Positions 1 through 13,973 are shown, counted from the stretch's first letter. The stretch: DNA of 64,000 nt from Octopus sinensis (GCF_006345805.1 NC_043003.1:73780001-73844000); one strand, 5' to 3'. Made by a program: numbers and translations. The notes: a model not told the origin generated them from the sequence alone.

Positions 1-190
1 TTTGTCTATTGTTGTTGCCGTTTTTATGCTAACTTTATTGCTGTTTATTTTCAATTTCCCATCTTACCATCTACGCCATAATGTAATTTCATCGCTATTT
101 TACGCATAAATTCCGACCACATCTTCCCTACTCATAATTTTCATTCTCAAGAAATCCTTCATCAACCTAGTTAACATTGAGTGTATAATG

Positions 191-221
<31 letters not shown>

Positions 222-342
222 GAAGAAGAAGAAGAAGAAGAAGAAGAATATGTATTATTATTATTATCATTATTAATATTATTATTATTATCATTATTTC
301 TATTATCTTTAATACTTTTGTTATTATTGTTGTTGTTTTTAC

Positions 343-385
<43 letters not shown>

Positions 386-1900
386 GTAATAGTAATAATA
401 ATAATAATTATTATTATTATTGTTATTATTACTTTACTATCATTAATCTTTGTTACCATCGTCATCATCAACATTATTACAATGATTCGTCATTATTGTT
501 AGTTGTAGTAAATGTGATCGAGGTAATAGTAATAGAAGTTATATTGTTCGTTGTCATAATTATAGGAAGACTGATTCTTGTGCCTGTTGTTCATATTTTT
601 CTAAAATTAATAGCAACAGCACTAGCAGCAGCAAGAACTGCAAACACAACAGCGACATATGTTTACTACTGGTATTTCTTATTCTTCTTTTTATTATTGC
701 CAGTATTATATTGATCACTATTCTCACCTCATAAACTTTTATCACACCATCAGTACTGCAACCTTCTGCAATGACACCGCCATCCACTACTTTTACTGAA
801 TTATACCTACCCCCCCCCCCCCCATCATATCCAACACCATCACCTCCAGCAACATTCATCACTACTATTACACCAACATCATTAATTTTTATCATTATCA
901 AAATAATCACAATCTTTTCAACATTATTTGAAATGTCTTTTGGCAATAATTCCGTTTGTTATTGTTGTTAAAACAATGAATATTCTATCAATAATCGCAT
1001 CCATAACATCGCCATACATGCTATTAGGAACACTGCGACAAATATCATCGCCGATATTGTCAACACTTCAACAGCATCAGCCTCTATACCTAACTATCCC
1101 TATTAACAACAATGTTGCCTTTGCTTTATCAGTAACTCATTCCACTGCCACAATTATCAAGCACAATATCATCACCATCTTTTCTTTCTCAATCAATAGC
1201 AAAGCTACCATCAGCAATGCTTCTGTCTCACCTACCACTGTCAAAAAGTATTACAAACATAGATTTTCCAAATAGTAACAAATCCATTATCTGCATGAAC
1301 GTTGCTACCACTACCAATGATTCTTGTTTTAATCTCTTACTTGTTTCACCTACTTGACAGCGGCCACGCTGGGGCGTGAATACACAACACTCGTTGTCAA
1401 GCAGTGGTTGGAACAAACATGCACACACACAAACACACACACAATCACACACAATCACATACAAATACACACACGCACATACGTCAGGTTTCTTTCCGTC
1501 ACCGTCCTCTAAATCCACACACAAGGGCTTTTGTCAGGTCGAGGCTGTAGAAGACACTTGTCGAAAGTGTCGCGCTCTGGGACTGAACCCGGAGCAATGT
1601 AGTTGAAATATAGCTTCTTACCACGCAGCTACCACGCAGCTACCACTGCGCTTACTAACATTATCACCATGAATCTCTCTACTTCGTTATTATTTCATCT
1701 ACTCCTCCTCCACTACCATTGCTCCTCGTATCCATCATTACTAGCATTTTAATCCACACAATTACACTCACAGCTCTGCTACAAATATCATTCAGAATTA
1801 TTATCATCTGTATCGACTGTAACACTACATGCAGTAGCATCTTCAGGAATTTCAATACTACCTTATGAATACCACCTACCATATTTACATTATTTACATT
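1..1900. repeat. Degenerate trinucleotide low-complexity region with (AAT)n, (AGA)n and (ATT)n tracts
   Basis: Pure tracts at about 186-500 decay into ACC/ACT/ATT-rich sequence; the ORFs here are poly-Ile/Leu/Arg artefacts. Confidence 0.85.
1350..1650 (-). mobile_element. Diverged tRNA-derived SINE (family A, octopus-type)
   Basis: Contains gggactgaacccgg...cttaccacgcagctaccac (reverse complement of a tRNA-like head with B-box) and tgtcaagc/(AC)n/aaatccac body motifs shared with 45197-45628. Confidence 0.7.
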
Positions 1901-2510
1901 ATGTAAATAAACGGCGGTGCATCAGCATGGCCGCAGCTCTGAGCTGAAAAAAATGTAAATAATGCACACAATTCCTCATCTCTTAAATATACAATGACCT
2001 ACTTTGTTACCATATTGGTATTTACAATCATTATCCCTGCAACTACTGCCATCATTATAAATATCCCATCACAACTTTCGCCACAGAGTTCACCTCTAAT
2101 GGTAACACTGCAATTACAGTTTGTACTCTCAATACGCAAGAAGGTCAGTCAATAGTTCATCTCCAGCACTAATGCTAATAACACCACCACCAACAAACAG
2201 GGAAATATCTTCGTTAACACGAACACATTTTCTTATGATCTGTAGTAACGACTATACCACTAACCCTCAAAATTTCCGCAGCTCTTCTCAACCGCCACAT
2301 CAATATAAGAAATGAAAAATTCATCACTTCTATAATACAAAAGAATTCTACTTTTTTCACCGACCAGTGTTTAGGTGTTTTGGAATGTGTCTCTGGTATA
2401 TAACATTCAGCAACGTGTAGTAAGCATTCAAAAGATTTTTTAAATATTGATGTTGCTTTCCGTAAAGTAACTTAGAGTGCCTTAGCTCCCCCTTTAATCA
2501 AAATAAATTC

Positions 2511-2689
2511 TTCTTCTTCTTCTTCTTCGTCTTCTTCTTCTTCTTCTTCTTCTTCTTCTTCTTCTTCTTCTTCTTCTTCTTCTTTTCCTTCTTCTTCTTC
2601 TTCTCCTTCTTCTTCTTCTCCTTCTTCTTCTTCTTCTTCTTCTTCTTCTTCTTCTTCTTCTTCTCCTCCTTCTTCTTCTTTTTCTTCTT

Positions 2690-2720
<31 letters not shown>

Positions 2721-2730
2721 TTATTATTAT
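2511..2730. repeat. (TTC)n followed by (TTA)n microsatellite
   Basis: Seen directly; the TTA part is the tail/target of the adjacent retroelement. Confidence 0.95.
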
Positions 2731-3832
2731 TAAGTTAAAAGTTCATGTTGGTGTAATGCCTAGGGTGTCATATATTTTGTTTTGCACATAGTATTGTTCT
2801 AGAGAATGTTTTAAAAACATAAAACAATTATGAGTTTGTTTAAAAATTTGAGATTACATAGACAGTGTTTTACGTAGGATATGAGCAGTTCCCATGAGCA
2901 CTATCTTTTGAATTTCTGCCATTTTGGGATTTCCTGCTATCTGAGCTAGTTGGGAATCAGCCCCATTTGCTATTATTCCTCGGGCTTCTATGACAACAAG
3001 TATTGTTTTTTTCTTGAGGTGCCAATTTCTATTTCAAGATTTTTATATTTGCTCAGTTTTTGGTAGGTCTTGACAGCTATATTTATGCCGATTGGGACAG
3101 TCATATCAATGAGGAGGCATGATCTTTGTCTGAAATTTTTCAATATAATACCTGGCATATTCGCATCTATCTTTCTTTCAGTTTGAATGGTGAAGTTCCA
3201 CAGGAGTGAGATGTATATCAACAGCAAGCACTGGAGGTCGTTTGTGTTCCCACGAGTTTTTATCATGGGGTAGGTCTAGGTTTTTTTGCAAATTACCCAG
3301 TGAATATATTGTGCTTCTCTATTATGCCAGCTGAGATATTCTGTAGGCGCTAGAAGACTGCACATGGAGACAGCATGATCAATGTTTTCATTTTGTTGTT
3401 TACATACACAACATGTTGGGCTACGGTCGTTCTTTAAAATGTTGGCCTTGTAGTTTCTTGTAGGTAAGCATTGATCTTGTACTGCTAAGATTAACCCTTC
3501 TGTTTCTGATCTTGATCCAGAAGACACTAACCATTGACGGGTAAGGGCTTTCGCAACATCGGCACTATTAACTGTCTTTGGGTATTTATCATTAAGAGGT
3601 TTTTCTTACCATTTATCAGTAAAAATGTCAAAGGTAGTAATTTTAGCACTTGTTTTTCATACACTTAGCTTTTCTGTGCTTGTTTCTAGTACGTCTAATT
3701 CAGGATTTTGCCGTATTTGGAATTCACTTAGATATTCCGTTGCCTGTTTTGTTACTGAGCATGATGCTTTCTTGTTTCCATGCTTCGCGACAAGTCATCA
3801 GAGTTCTTCAGGTAGGTGTTTAGGCCAATTGT
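2731..3832 (-). mobile_element. 5'-truncated, degenerate R4/Dong-like retrotransposon (family A, copy 1)
   Basis: ORFs 3276-3527 (SETEGLILAVQDQCLPTRNY, CCVCKQQNENIDHAVSMC zinc knuckle) and 2988-3266 (LLWNFTIQTERKIDANMPGII...LLIDMTVP, RLE domain). Homologous to 4143-5150; TTA tracts on both sides. Confidence 0.9.
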
Positions 3833-3860
3833 GTTATCATTATTACTGTTGCTATTTTTA

Positions 3861-3895
<35 letters not shown>

Positions 3896-3922
3896 GTTAT
3901 TATTATTATTATTATTATTATT

Positions 3923-6900
3923 CTATGTTTGACTTTTGCTTTATATTTGTACAAGTTGGCTCCAAGTCACACCCAGAGACCTCAAGAGACAACAGGGTTG
4001 GAAGTTCATGTTGTTGTTATGCCTAGTGTGCCATATATTTGGGGGGTGGGGATGTTGTACTAATGAATGTCTAAAAAAAAAAAGTTTTTTTTTTTTTTTC
4101 TTTTTTTTAAACCGAAAATTATGGTTGTTTTAAACCTTGAGGTTACATAGAGAGTATTTTGCGTAGGATATGAGCAGTTCCCATGAGCACTATCTTTTGA
4201 ACTTCTGCCATTTTTGGGTTTCCTGGTATCTGAGTTAGGTAGCTATCAGCCCCTTTTGCTATAATTCCCAGGGCACCTATGACAACAGGTATTGTTTTAG
4301 TCTTCAGCTTCCACATTTTGCTGATTTCTATTTCAAGATCTTTATATTTGCTCAGTTTTTGGTAGGTCCTGACAGATACGTTTATATCGATTGGGACAGT
4401 CATATCAATGAGGAGGCATGTTCTTTGTTTGAAGTCTTTCAATATGATGTCTGGCCTATTTGCATCTATCTTCCTGTCAGTTTGAATGGTGAAGTTCCAG
4501 AGGAGTGAGATGTGGTCATTTTCAAGCACTGGGGGTGGTTTGTGTTCCCACCAGTTTTTTCCTGGGGCAAATCCAGGTTTTTACAGATTACCCAGTGAAT
4601 ATATTGTGCAGCTCTATCGTGCCTGTTGAGATACTCTGTAGGCGCTAGAAGACTGCACTTGGAGACCACATGGTCAATGGTTTCATTTTGTTGCTTGCCT
4701 ACACGACACGTTGGACTGCTTCTGATCTTTAATATGTTGGCCTGGTAGGTTCTTGTTGGTAGGCATTGATCTTGAGCTGCTATGATAAACCCCTCTGTTT
4801 CAGATTTTAAGCCAGAGGCCATTAGCCATTGATGGGTCAGGGCTTTGTCGATATCTGCATTATTCGCTCACTTTGGGTATTTGCCATAGAGAGGTTTTTC
4901 TTGCCATTTATTATTCAGAATATCTAAGGCCGCAGTTTTGGCACGGGTTTTCATGCGCCTAGCTTTTTCTGTGCTTGTTTCTTGTATGTCTATCTCTAAT
5001 TCCGAAATTGGTTGTATTCGGAATTCACTTAGATATTCCTTTGCCTGTTTTGTGACTGAGTATGATGCTTTCTTGTTTTCATGTTTTGAGACAAGTTTTA
5101 ACATCCAGTCCTCAGAGTTTTTCAGGTAGGTGTCTAGGCCAATTGTAGCAATCTTCATTGTTATTGCCAGTTGCAAAAGACCACGGCCTCCCTCTTTTCT
5201 TGGCAGATAGAGTCGTTCTGTATCTGCCTTAGGGTGGTGCATTCTATGCATTGTCAACAGTTTCCTTATTTTTCTGTCGAGCTGACATATTTCAGTAATT
5301 GACCAGTTAACAATATTGAAACTGTAAGTCACGACTGGTATAGCTAATGCATTGATTGCTTCGATCCTGTTTCTTGCATTCAGCTCTGTCTTGAGTATTG
5401 CTCTCACTCTTCGATAGCATTCTCTCCTGATCCTTTCCTTCATCTCTGAATGCCTTATTCCGTTCCCTTCAATTACCCCTAGGTACTTGTAGCTCTCCGC
5501 TGGGTCTAGTTCTTTTATGACATTCTGTTGGTCAAGGTTAACGTTAGATGTTTCTGTCATTTTTCCTTTGATAAAGGTAGCCTTTGCACATTTATCGAGG
5601 CCGAATTGCATTCTGATGTCGTCACTGAATTGTTTGACTATCGCTAGTAAGCCCTTGAGTTGTTGATCATTTTTTGCAAAAAGCTTTAAATCATCCATGT
5701 AAACGAGATGATTTATATATTTTATCAAACATTTTATACCCGTACTGCGCGTCATTGAGCAGCTTTGAGAGAGGTATTAAGGATAAACAAAAGAGGAGTG
5801 GTGACAGTGAGTCACCCTGGAAAATGCCACACGAAATTTTTACATCACCAGCATTTAGGGATTCACTGTCACTGTTCAGAGTTAGTGTGGTTCTCCATGA
5901 TCTCATACTTACAGTCAAGAAGTTTCGCAGAGTTGGTGCTATCTTATACATTTCAAGGCATTTCCTAATCCAGCTATGTGGTAGGCTATCAAAAGCCTTT
6001 TTATAGTCTATCCAGGCTATTGATAAGTTTTTGTGTCGTTTGTGACAATCTTCTAAGATCATCTTATTGATGAGTAGTTGGTCTTTACAGCCGTAGGATC
6101 CACGTTTACATCCTTCTGTTCATTAGGGAATATGCTGCTGTCTGTTAAAAAACTATAGGTATATTCCGTCAGGACAGATGTTAGTGTTTTGTACATAGTT
6201 GTTAAGCAGGTTATGGGTCTATAGTTTTTTGGTTCATTTGTTTCTTCACTTTTTGGAAGCAGGAATGTTAACCCATTAACTAGCCAAGGAGGCATACTAC
6301 TAGGGTGTTGCAAAACATCATTGTACAGTTCTGTTAGCAGTTCATGGCTCTCTGGGAAGGCATTCAGCCAGAAGTTAGGAATTTTATCCTTTCCTGGAGA
6401 CTTCCATTTGCTTGACCTCCTGAGAGCAGATCTTATATCTTCTACCTTGACACCCTCCCACTTTTGCTCTTCTAAGGGGTCCAGTTCTGTAGATATTCTG
6501 TCAATCCAGGGGGCCTTTTCGTTATGTGTTTTTTCTTCTGCCCAGATTTTATTCCAAAATCTCTGCACTTCTTCTTTTGATGGTACAGACCCTGCAGTAA
6601 ACGCTGTTTTCCTATCTTCCTGTAAAAATTATTGGTGTTATTTTTGAACATGTTGTTGTCCTTGAAAAATCTAACACGCTTTTCATACCTCGCTATGCGG
6701 GCAGCTTTGGCAGATACCTTTTGTTTGATGGTTTCTATGGTGGCATCAATATCAAGTATAGTTTTCATATTGTATTTTTTCAGTAATTTTTGGGTTTTTG
6801 TAGGTTTGGTAGTCTTGTGAGCCTTAAGGTTTTTCAAATATTCAATGTCAGATCTAAATACTTTAATTTGTTGTTGCAGACGCTCTTGCCAAGAAGGCTT

Positions 6901-7579
6901 TTTGTGGGACTGTTGCCGTTTTCTAATCTTTACACCACATAGGATCGTTGAGATTTTCGCGGATGCATAGTATAGGTGGTTGAGGTTTGTGATATCAACA
7001 TCATTAACTGAAATTATATCCTTAAGTGCAAGCCGGATTTTACCAATTATTTTCATGTTTTGGTTAGAGTTGCGGATTTTAGGAAGTGTATCACGCTCAT
7101 CCATGCTGGTTTCTTTAATTTTCAGCCATTCAATCATGATTTGATTTTTTAGCTCATGTAGTTCTGTTGGGTCAATATTTGTGTGACTTTCTTTATCTAT
7201 TTGATGCTCATCTGTCTTAGTGTTTATGATTGGTTCAGGGCGTATTTCACTTTGCCTATCACTTATACTAACTCTTTCAATCCTCTCTTCGTTTTTATCC
7301 GCCCTGGGCTGGTCTATAATCATTTCCTCTGTATTATCTTCTCTAGCTGCAGCTTCGTTCATTTTATACGATATTGCTTGTCTAACCTGATCAATCTCTA
7401 CTTCAGTCAGTAATTTCTTTTTTATAATGTTTCTTCTAACATTGGCAAGCTTGTTACTGTCTATGTAGGGTCTTTTCTGTCTTCAGTTTAAGTATGCTTG
7501 TACAGTGCTAGACTTATCTGTGGGGAAATATATGGCATGGTAGAAGGCCTCAAGAACTTCTTTATTATCTTCCCTAGAC

Positions 7580-7581
<2 letters not shown>
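3923..7581 (-). mobile_element. Near full-length, frameshifted R4/Dong-like RLE non-LTR retrotransposon (family A, copy 2)
   Basis: Broken ORF: Myb-like WSREDNKEVL start (about 7580), RT motifs [25 protein letters not shown] and YMDD, a CCHC-type knuckle (CRVGKQQNETIDHVVSKC), and RLE RPDIILKD...LIDMTVP...K. 3'UTR 3923-4142 ends in (TAA)n. Confidence 0.95.
4143..7362 (-). pseudogene. RT-RLE polyprotein pseudogene of family A copy 2
   Basis: Overlapping ORFs 6472-7362, 6059-6568, 5691-6062, 4868-5755, 4466-4822 and 4143-4529 join by frameshifts into one polyprotein. Confidence 0.92.
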
Positions 7582-7659
<78 letters not shown>

Positions 7660-7675
7660 TATTATTATTATTATT

Positions 7676-8025
7676 CTCTGTTTGACTTTTGCTTTATGTC
7701 TGTACAAGTTGGCTCCAAGTCTCACCCAGAGACCTCAAGAGAAGACAGGTTGGAAGTTCATGTTGTTGTTATGCCTAGTGTGCCATATATTTTTTTTTCT
7801 GGCGTTATACTAGTGATTGTCTAATATATAAATAAAAGTTTGTTATAAACCTTGGGATTACATAGAGAGTATTTTGCGTAGGATGTGATCAGTTCCCAGA
7901 AGCACTATCGTTTGAATTTCTGCCATTTTGGGGTTTCCTGGTATCTGAGTTAGGTAGCAATCAGTCCCTTTCGCTATCATTCCCAGGGCACCTATGACAA
8001 CAGGTATTGCTTTAGTTTTCAGCTT
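7676..8025 (-). mobile_element. Short 5'-truncated family A copy (copy 3): last ORF codons plus 3'UTR
   Basis: 7676-7800 matches the 3'UTR at 3923-4045; 7860-8025 matches 4143-4310; (TAA)n tail at 7581-7675. Confidence 0.9.
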
Positions 8026-8037
8026 ATTATTATTATT

Positions 8038-9163
8038 CAGTAGTTTTATTTTTATTTATATAGCGTGCTTTCACTTCACTACCGAGCGCAGCTCTGTGTG
8101 CCTTGGGTATGTGCTGTGATTTGTTGTGATGCTCTGATGGTTATTGTATGGAAAGTGTTCTGCGTAGGATGTGGGCAGTGCCTAGTAGTGCAATTTTCTG
8201 TATGTTATATGTGTTTGTAAGTCCTGGTGTTTTTGTTATGTATTTGTCTGAATATTTTTTTATCATGCCTAATGCACCTACTATGATAGGAATTGTTTCT
8301 GTTTTCAGATTCCACATTCTAGTTACCTCTATTTCCAGGTCTTTGTATTTTGAGAGTTTCTCCATTTCTTTTAGAGACACGTTGTCATCTGCCGGTATTG
8401 ATACATCAATTAAAAAGCATTTTTTTTCTTCATGATCTCTGACAACTATATCTGGTCTGTTGGCCTTAATTTCTCTATCTGTGTGTATCGGCATATCCCA
8501 GAGTATGGTTGCTTTCTCGTTTTCTGTGACCTTTTCTGGTGTGTGCCTATACCATCTTTTTTCTGTTGTTATTCCATAATGTTGGCATAGCTTCCAATGT
8601 ATGTAGGTTCCAACTCTGTCATGTCTGTGAATATATTCCTTCTTAGCCAGGACTGGCCCGCTAGAGATAATATGATTTATTGTTTCTTGTCCATCTCCAC
8701 ATATTCTGCAGTTACTTGTAATATTTCTTTTCATTACATGTTTTTGGTAATTTCTGGTGGCGAGGCTTTGGTCTTGTGCTGCAATTAAAAATCCCTCTGT
8801 TTCTGCTTTGAGTCCTGAGCTTCTCAACCATTGCTGGGATTTTTCTTTGTCTATTTCTTTTGCGTTTAGTTTAGTGCAGTATTTACCATGAAGGGGCTTT
8901 TCTTGCCATCGTTCTATCATGGTTCGTTGCTGTTCTGTTTTTAGTTTGGATTTCATTTGTTTTATAGCTTTTGTTGTTTCTTCATCTTCTTCTTCTTCTT
9001 CATGTTTATTAGGTGGTATGATTTCTTGTTTGTATTTGTCAGCTGCCTTAAATACTGAGAACATTTTTTTGTTTTGCTCGTGTTTTGCCGCTATCTGGAT
9101 CAGTTTTCCTTCCTTCTGAAGTAGATATTTTTGCAGTCCTATGGTGGTTATTTTATAGTAGTT
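8038..9163 (-). mobile_element. 5'-truncated R4/Dong-like retrotransposon (family B, young copy)
   Basis: Uninterrupted ORF 8141-9064 (307 aa) with WLRSSGLKAETEG, CRICGDGQETINH and RPDIVVRD...LIDVSIP..K. Inverted near-identical copy of 38530-39692; TTA tracts on both sides. Confidence 0.95.
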
Positions 9164-9173
9164 TTCCAGTTTA

Positions 9174-9217
<44 letters not shown>

Positions 9218-9218
9218 T

Positions 9219-9249
<31 letters not shown>

Positions 9250-9257
9250 TTATTATT

Positions 9258-9475
9258 TAAGGCGTTGAGCTGGCCGAATCCTTTGTGCGCTGGATGAAAT
9301 GCTCTGCAGGATTTCGCCCATTGCTACGTTCTTATTTGAAATTCTATCGGGGTCGGCTTTGTCTTTCATCCTTTCGGGGTCGATAAAATTAGTACCAGTT
9401 GCGCAGTGAGGTCGATGTAATCGACTAAATTCCTTCTTCCAAATTTGATGGCGTACGCTTCCAGTAGAAAGGAAT
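9258..9475 (+). mobile_element. tRNA-derived SINE (family B)
   Basis: ggcgttgagctggccgaatc head and ttcatcctttcggggtcgataaaattagtaccag core, recurring at several sites; TAT tail. Confidence 0.75.
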
Positions 9476-9479
9476 ATTA

Positions 9480-9522
9480 TTATTATTACCATCATAATCA
9501 TCAGTATTATTATTATTATTAT

Positions 9523-9562
<40 letters not shown>

Positions 9563-9566
9563 GGTG

Positions 9567-9608
<42 letters not shown>

Positions 9609-9617
9609 TTAGTAGTT

Positions 9618-9663
<46 letters not shown>

Positions 9664-9750
9664 GAGTAATTGTAGTAGTAGTAGTAATAATTGTAGTAGT
9701 AATAATTGTAGTAGTATTTTTGTTGTTATTGCTGTTGTCGTTGTTGTTGT
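9480..9750. repeat. (TAT)/(GTA)n/(GTG)n compound microsatellite
   Basis: Seen directly. Confidence 0.9.
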
Positions 9751-10004
9751 TGTATGGCGATAAATCTGAAATTGTTTAGATGTGTTTCTGCCTTATTTCT
9801 CTGTATAGAATTTGTCTCTTGTTGATTTCACATTTCTTCAGAATCTACGATTATAATGGATGGAACCCTTTCTGAGAAAAAATAATGCAAGCCATTAAGA
9901 TTTTGAGACACGCCCATGTGTTCGGATTCCACTCGTTAATCCTCGCCCAAATGCACGTCACCGTCTGACAAATAATTGAAGATTGTACACTGACATGTGC
10001 TTAC

Positions 10005-10123
10005 CTGGGGCGAATAGTGATCTAACTATAAATTTGAAACATATCAACAGTGCTAAACTTCTGGTGAATAGTGAAGCATGTGTTTGTGGAAGATGCTGTC
10101 AGGTTGCAAGAAACAAAACGATT
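10005..10123 (-). other. Candidate non-coding internal exon (119 nt)
   Basis: Strong acceptor tcctattttcctttcag| and donor ccccag|gtaagc on the minus strand; all three frames contain stops. Confidence 0.3.
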
Positions 10124-10833
10124 CTGAAAGGAAAATAGGATTGGTATGGGATCGAAGATTCTGATTCTGATTGAAGTGAAATCTAAAATAGACAGATTTC
10201 AGGACGGCAGCAACTACAGATAGAAGTAGAATCTAGAATGCCATAGTGCTATGGCTGTGGAAACAGTAATGAAAGCGTGTTGCACACAAAACAAATACAA
10301 ATTACAGGAGAAAGATGCCCCCCCCCACTAATATGGAAACTGCAGCATCAACGTCACTATCATGAACAGCAGTAACTACAGCAAAAATAGCCACAGCAAG
10401 TAAAAAAAAAGGATGTATCTGCAGCAACAGTGACGGAGTACTAGTTACAAACATCGAAGCGGCGGTTATTTCCTTGACTGCATTTCTTTCCTGTGTATTT
10501 CTGCTTTCGTAACTTAGAAATAACCTTGTTGCTTCATTACCAGTGAAGTGGTTGTTTTCTTGGACAATGTGTGATAGAAATGGCCATTAGCAGAGACAAG
10601 TGGCAATATCTCTCGTCTCATTCACAATGCCTGTTGAATGTTTAAAATGTAAACACAAACTAAACATCGGAGCGCCGTCGAATACCGAGAAAGAAAGAGT
10701 GGTGACGAAATACTGAGTTACGACTACAAAGAATGGTGAATTTTTCCCGTTTGGGAAAATAAATTCCTGCTTAAAGTGAATGTTTTAAAAATATAAACAA
10801 TAACACTAGGACCATTGCCATCATCACAAAAAT

Positions 10834-10882
<49 letters not shown>

Positions 10883-13448
10883 TATGACACAAATATGTGT
10901 AATAATGAAAATATCTGCATACACATAAGTTGCCAGGTTTCCCACACACATTAAAGATGAACTATATCATCAATATTACTGTCACAAGCAGTACTATCAC
11001 TGTTTCTGCGAAGGATGATGAGAGGCCTATACCGAAAATTAGTGAAAAAGAGTCCGGAGCAGTCAATGCGATGAATGCTAATAGAACTACACACGCACCC
11101 AAAACTGTCTGCAGAAAAGATTCCCAAGGAACGAATATTTTACAAGAACTACAAGGAATGTAAATATCGAACTCCCTAGAAGCAAATCTTAATGGGTTCC
11201 AATATGGAGTCGTATAGTTGTGAGTGGAATTGCCCACTTGGAACTATAAAGGAAGGTACGGCGAGATACGTAAGTATCGCGAAAAACTCTGTATCATCCA
11301 CTGTGACTCATTTAACACTTCATGAGTGGCTAGTATCGAGAGTGATATTCGATTGCTTGAGTCGAATAATACACATAATTTTGGATGATGAAGAGCTCAA
11401 GTGGGAGGACAGATATCTGGATGGTAACAGAATGTTGGTAGAAGAGAGCAACAACGCAAATGGCAAAAATTCCGCTTCGAAATCTTAGTAACAATGTTCA
11501 ATCACAGGAATGAATGAAACTACTATTTAAATCATGAAATAAAGTACCATCTAAACAAACAAATAAATCATGGCAGGTCTGTACTTCCCACTGGAAACCA
11601 CAAGCACAACACAATATTTGCGAATGTGCGCATCCGTCTTTCGCTGTGTCCGGTATATTTTAATCCGATGCTTCATGAAACAACTTAATGTAATCCCACG
11701 CCATGTCTTAGAGATAAATAACGAAAATAACCAATCAAAAGACGATTAGGTGGCAGAAGTTATTTTGTTATTTTATTCAGTGGTGTTCAGAAGAGTTACT
11801 ACGATATGTGTTATATAAAATACGAAGGTATTTGTGGAGGATACGAGCTATGTGACGCCAGTTGTTTTTTTGGGGGGGTTAGTGTTGAGTATTTGTTGTG
11901 TATGCGTTACTTTCTCTAGACAGTGATTATTTAGATTTGGTGTTTTACGTGTTGTGCAATATTGCTTGGTAGAGATTCTGAAGTATGTTTATTGTCTTGA
12001 ATGCGTTATTTAATTCTGATATAATTCTATGTGCTACTTGTCGTTTTACATTATGGGCTAGCTATTGTACAGTGAGTTATTTAATGTACAGAGTGCAGTG
12101 GTTAAGTAATGCTAGTAAAATGAATGTCATTTTGCACCATGGCAATTGTAGAGAGACAAAAACCAATGCTCAAAACCTGCTCTTTTCTCTGGAATGTAGA
12201 AACGTACAACAGATATATTATGCTTGAGCAACACTAAGAAACATCATTAGGGAATTTGATTCACGGATAGTTTAGTAATATCGTGATATGGTTCGATATG
12301 TCAGCCATACTTCAGGCCTTTAGGGTAGGCGAACCAAATGAAATACTGTATTTCATTTAATGCTTCTTACCTCCACAGCATACACTTCAGAAGAATAAAG
12401 ATAACTTCATCGAAGCAAGCAAACCCACGCAGTTTTCTGAGTGTAGAGGAGATTACGTGATGCCCAGGTGTTTTAAGAAATTACTGCAGATATTGTTTCT
12501 GTGCAGCTCCAGGAGTTCAGAACTGATGGAGACGAACCATGATCAAAAACCTTCCGGTTCTAGCTATTCTATCTCGATTCTTAGACGTAATTTATTTATA
12601 GAATATACCCTTCATATTTATGTACGGTGTTATTTGATGCAAACTAGACAGCTATTTCTAGTCAATCGAGCAGACATGCAAAGGCCTTTCTCCTGCCTTG
12701 ATGCATAATATGTGGCAAGCCATTGTAATTTTAGTGGATTGTCAAGCATTATAAAACTACTCTTGATATTATTTCTTCATTTACAGTTTCTTATAGCGAA
12801 ATAACAATCAGATTAATGACAAAAATACAATATTTTTTATTATTTTGAAGTCAATGTTCAGAATAATCTAAATATTCTCAAATATATTGAAATTATTTTC
12901 GCCATACAATATTTCATCACAAATTACTGAGGTCAACTCCGTTTCAGAAATGACCGCAAGCCAGTTTTTCCTTCTTCTTTTCTTCAGGTTAATGAAAATC
13001 AATCATGAAATTAGTGGTCGGCCGTCGACATTATTGAATATTCAACGACATTGTAATTACAATATTAATTTAACAAATTTACAAGCCTTGTTTAAACTAC
13101 ACACAGAAAGAAACCTAAAAGTTTGCTTAATATTTCAAGCAAGCTTTAAATTTCTCATTAGTTTTATCGTCGATTTATGGCGGTGATTTGAAACTAAATG
13201 AAATATTATTCTACTATTATAACGAGGAATCTAATAATTTGTCAGCAAATTTAATTAAAAATATAAATTTCGTTGTGATACAGAACCTAATGAAGCGTTA
13301 GTTCTGTTTGCCAATGATTTTATTCCTACTTGATTAACAATAAGAATAAACATAGTATAGAGCAGTAAAAACTTTGTGTGTACGTATATGCATGTATGTG
13401 TGTATGAGTGTACCTATCTATCTATATATCTATCTACCTATCTCACTA

Positions 13449-13553
<105 letters not shown>

Positions 13554-13973
13554 GAGAGAATGGTATCGCGTGTGTATGTATTTATGTATGAAGATGCAAG
13601 TGTGTGTGGGCTTGTTTATATGTATGTGTAAAGGTAATGAAATTGTAATTAAATGATTTAGGAAATGCGAAGCTGAGTTGTTATTTTATGTTTAGGGAGC
13701 TTATTATGAGTGAGATACGGAAGAATGTGAGCCCAGCAAGTGGATGGATACCCAGGAAATGATTAAATCTCTTATAAAATATTAAAAACAATGTCAAGCG
13801 TTTAATTACTATTACATTCGATACAGAATATATTAAAAATTAGTGCTCAATATTCTTAATTGCCTAAACAATGAGTGTTTTCTACAGTTATCGACTGTAA
13901 TAGAAAAAGAAACCATGACATCGAGCGTACGTCTTTGTTTAGTAAAGATAAAACTATTACCAGATGGACATTA

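Noticed and set aside
100-1275. Long hydrophobic ORFs (poly-Ile/Leu)
   Set aside because: These are translations of (AAT)/(ATT) microsatellites; the same applies to the many YIYI/CVCV ORFs across the window.
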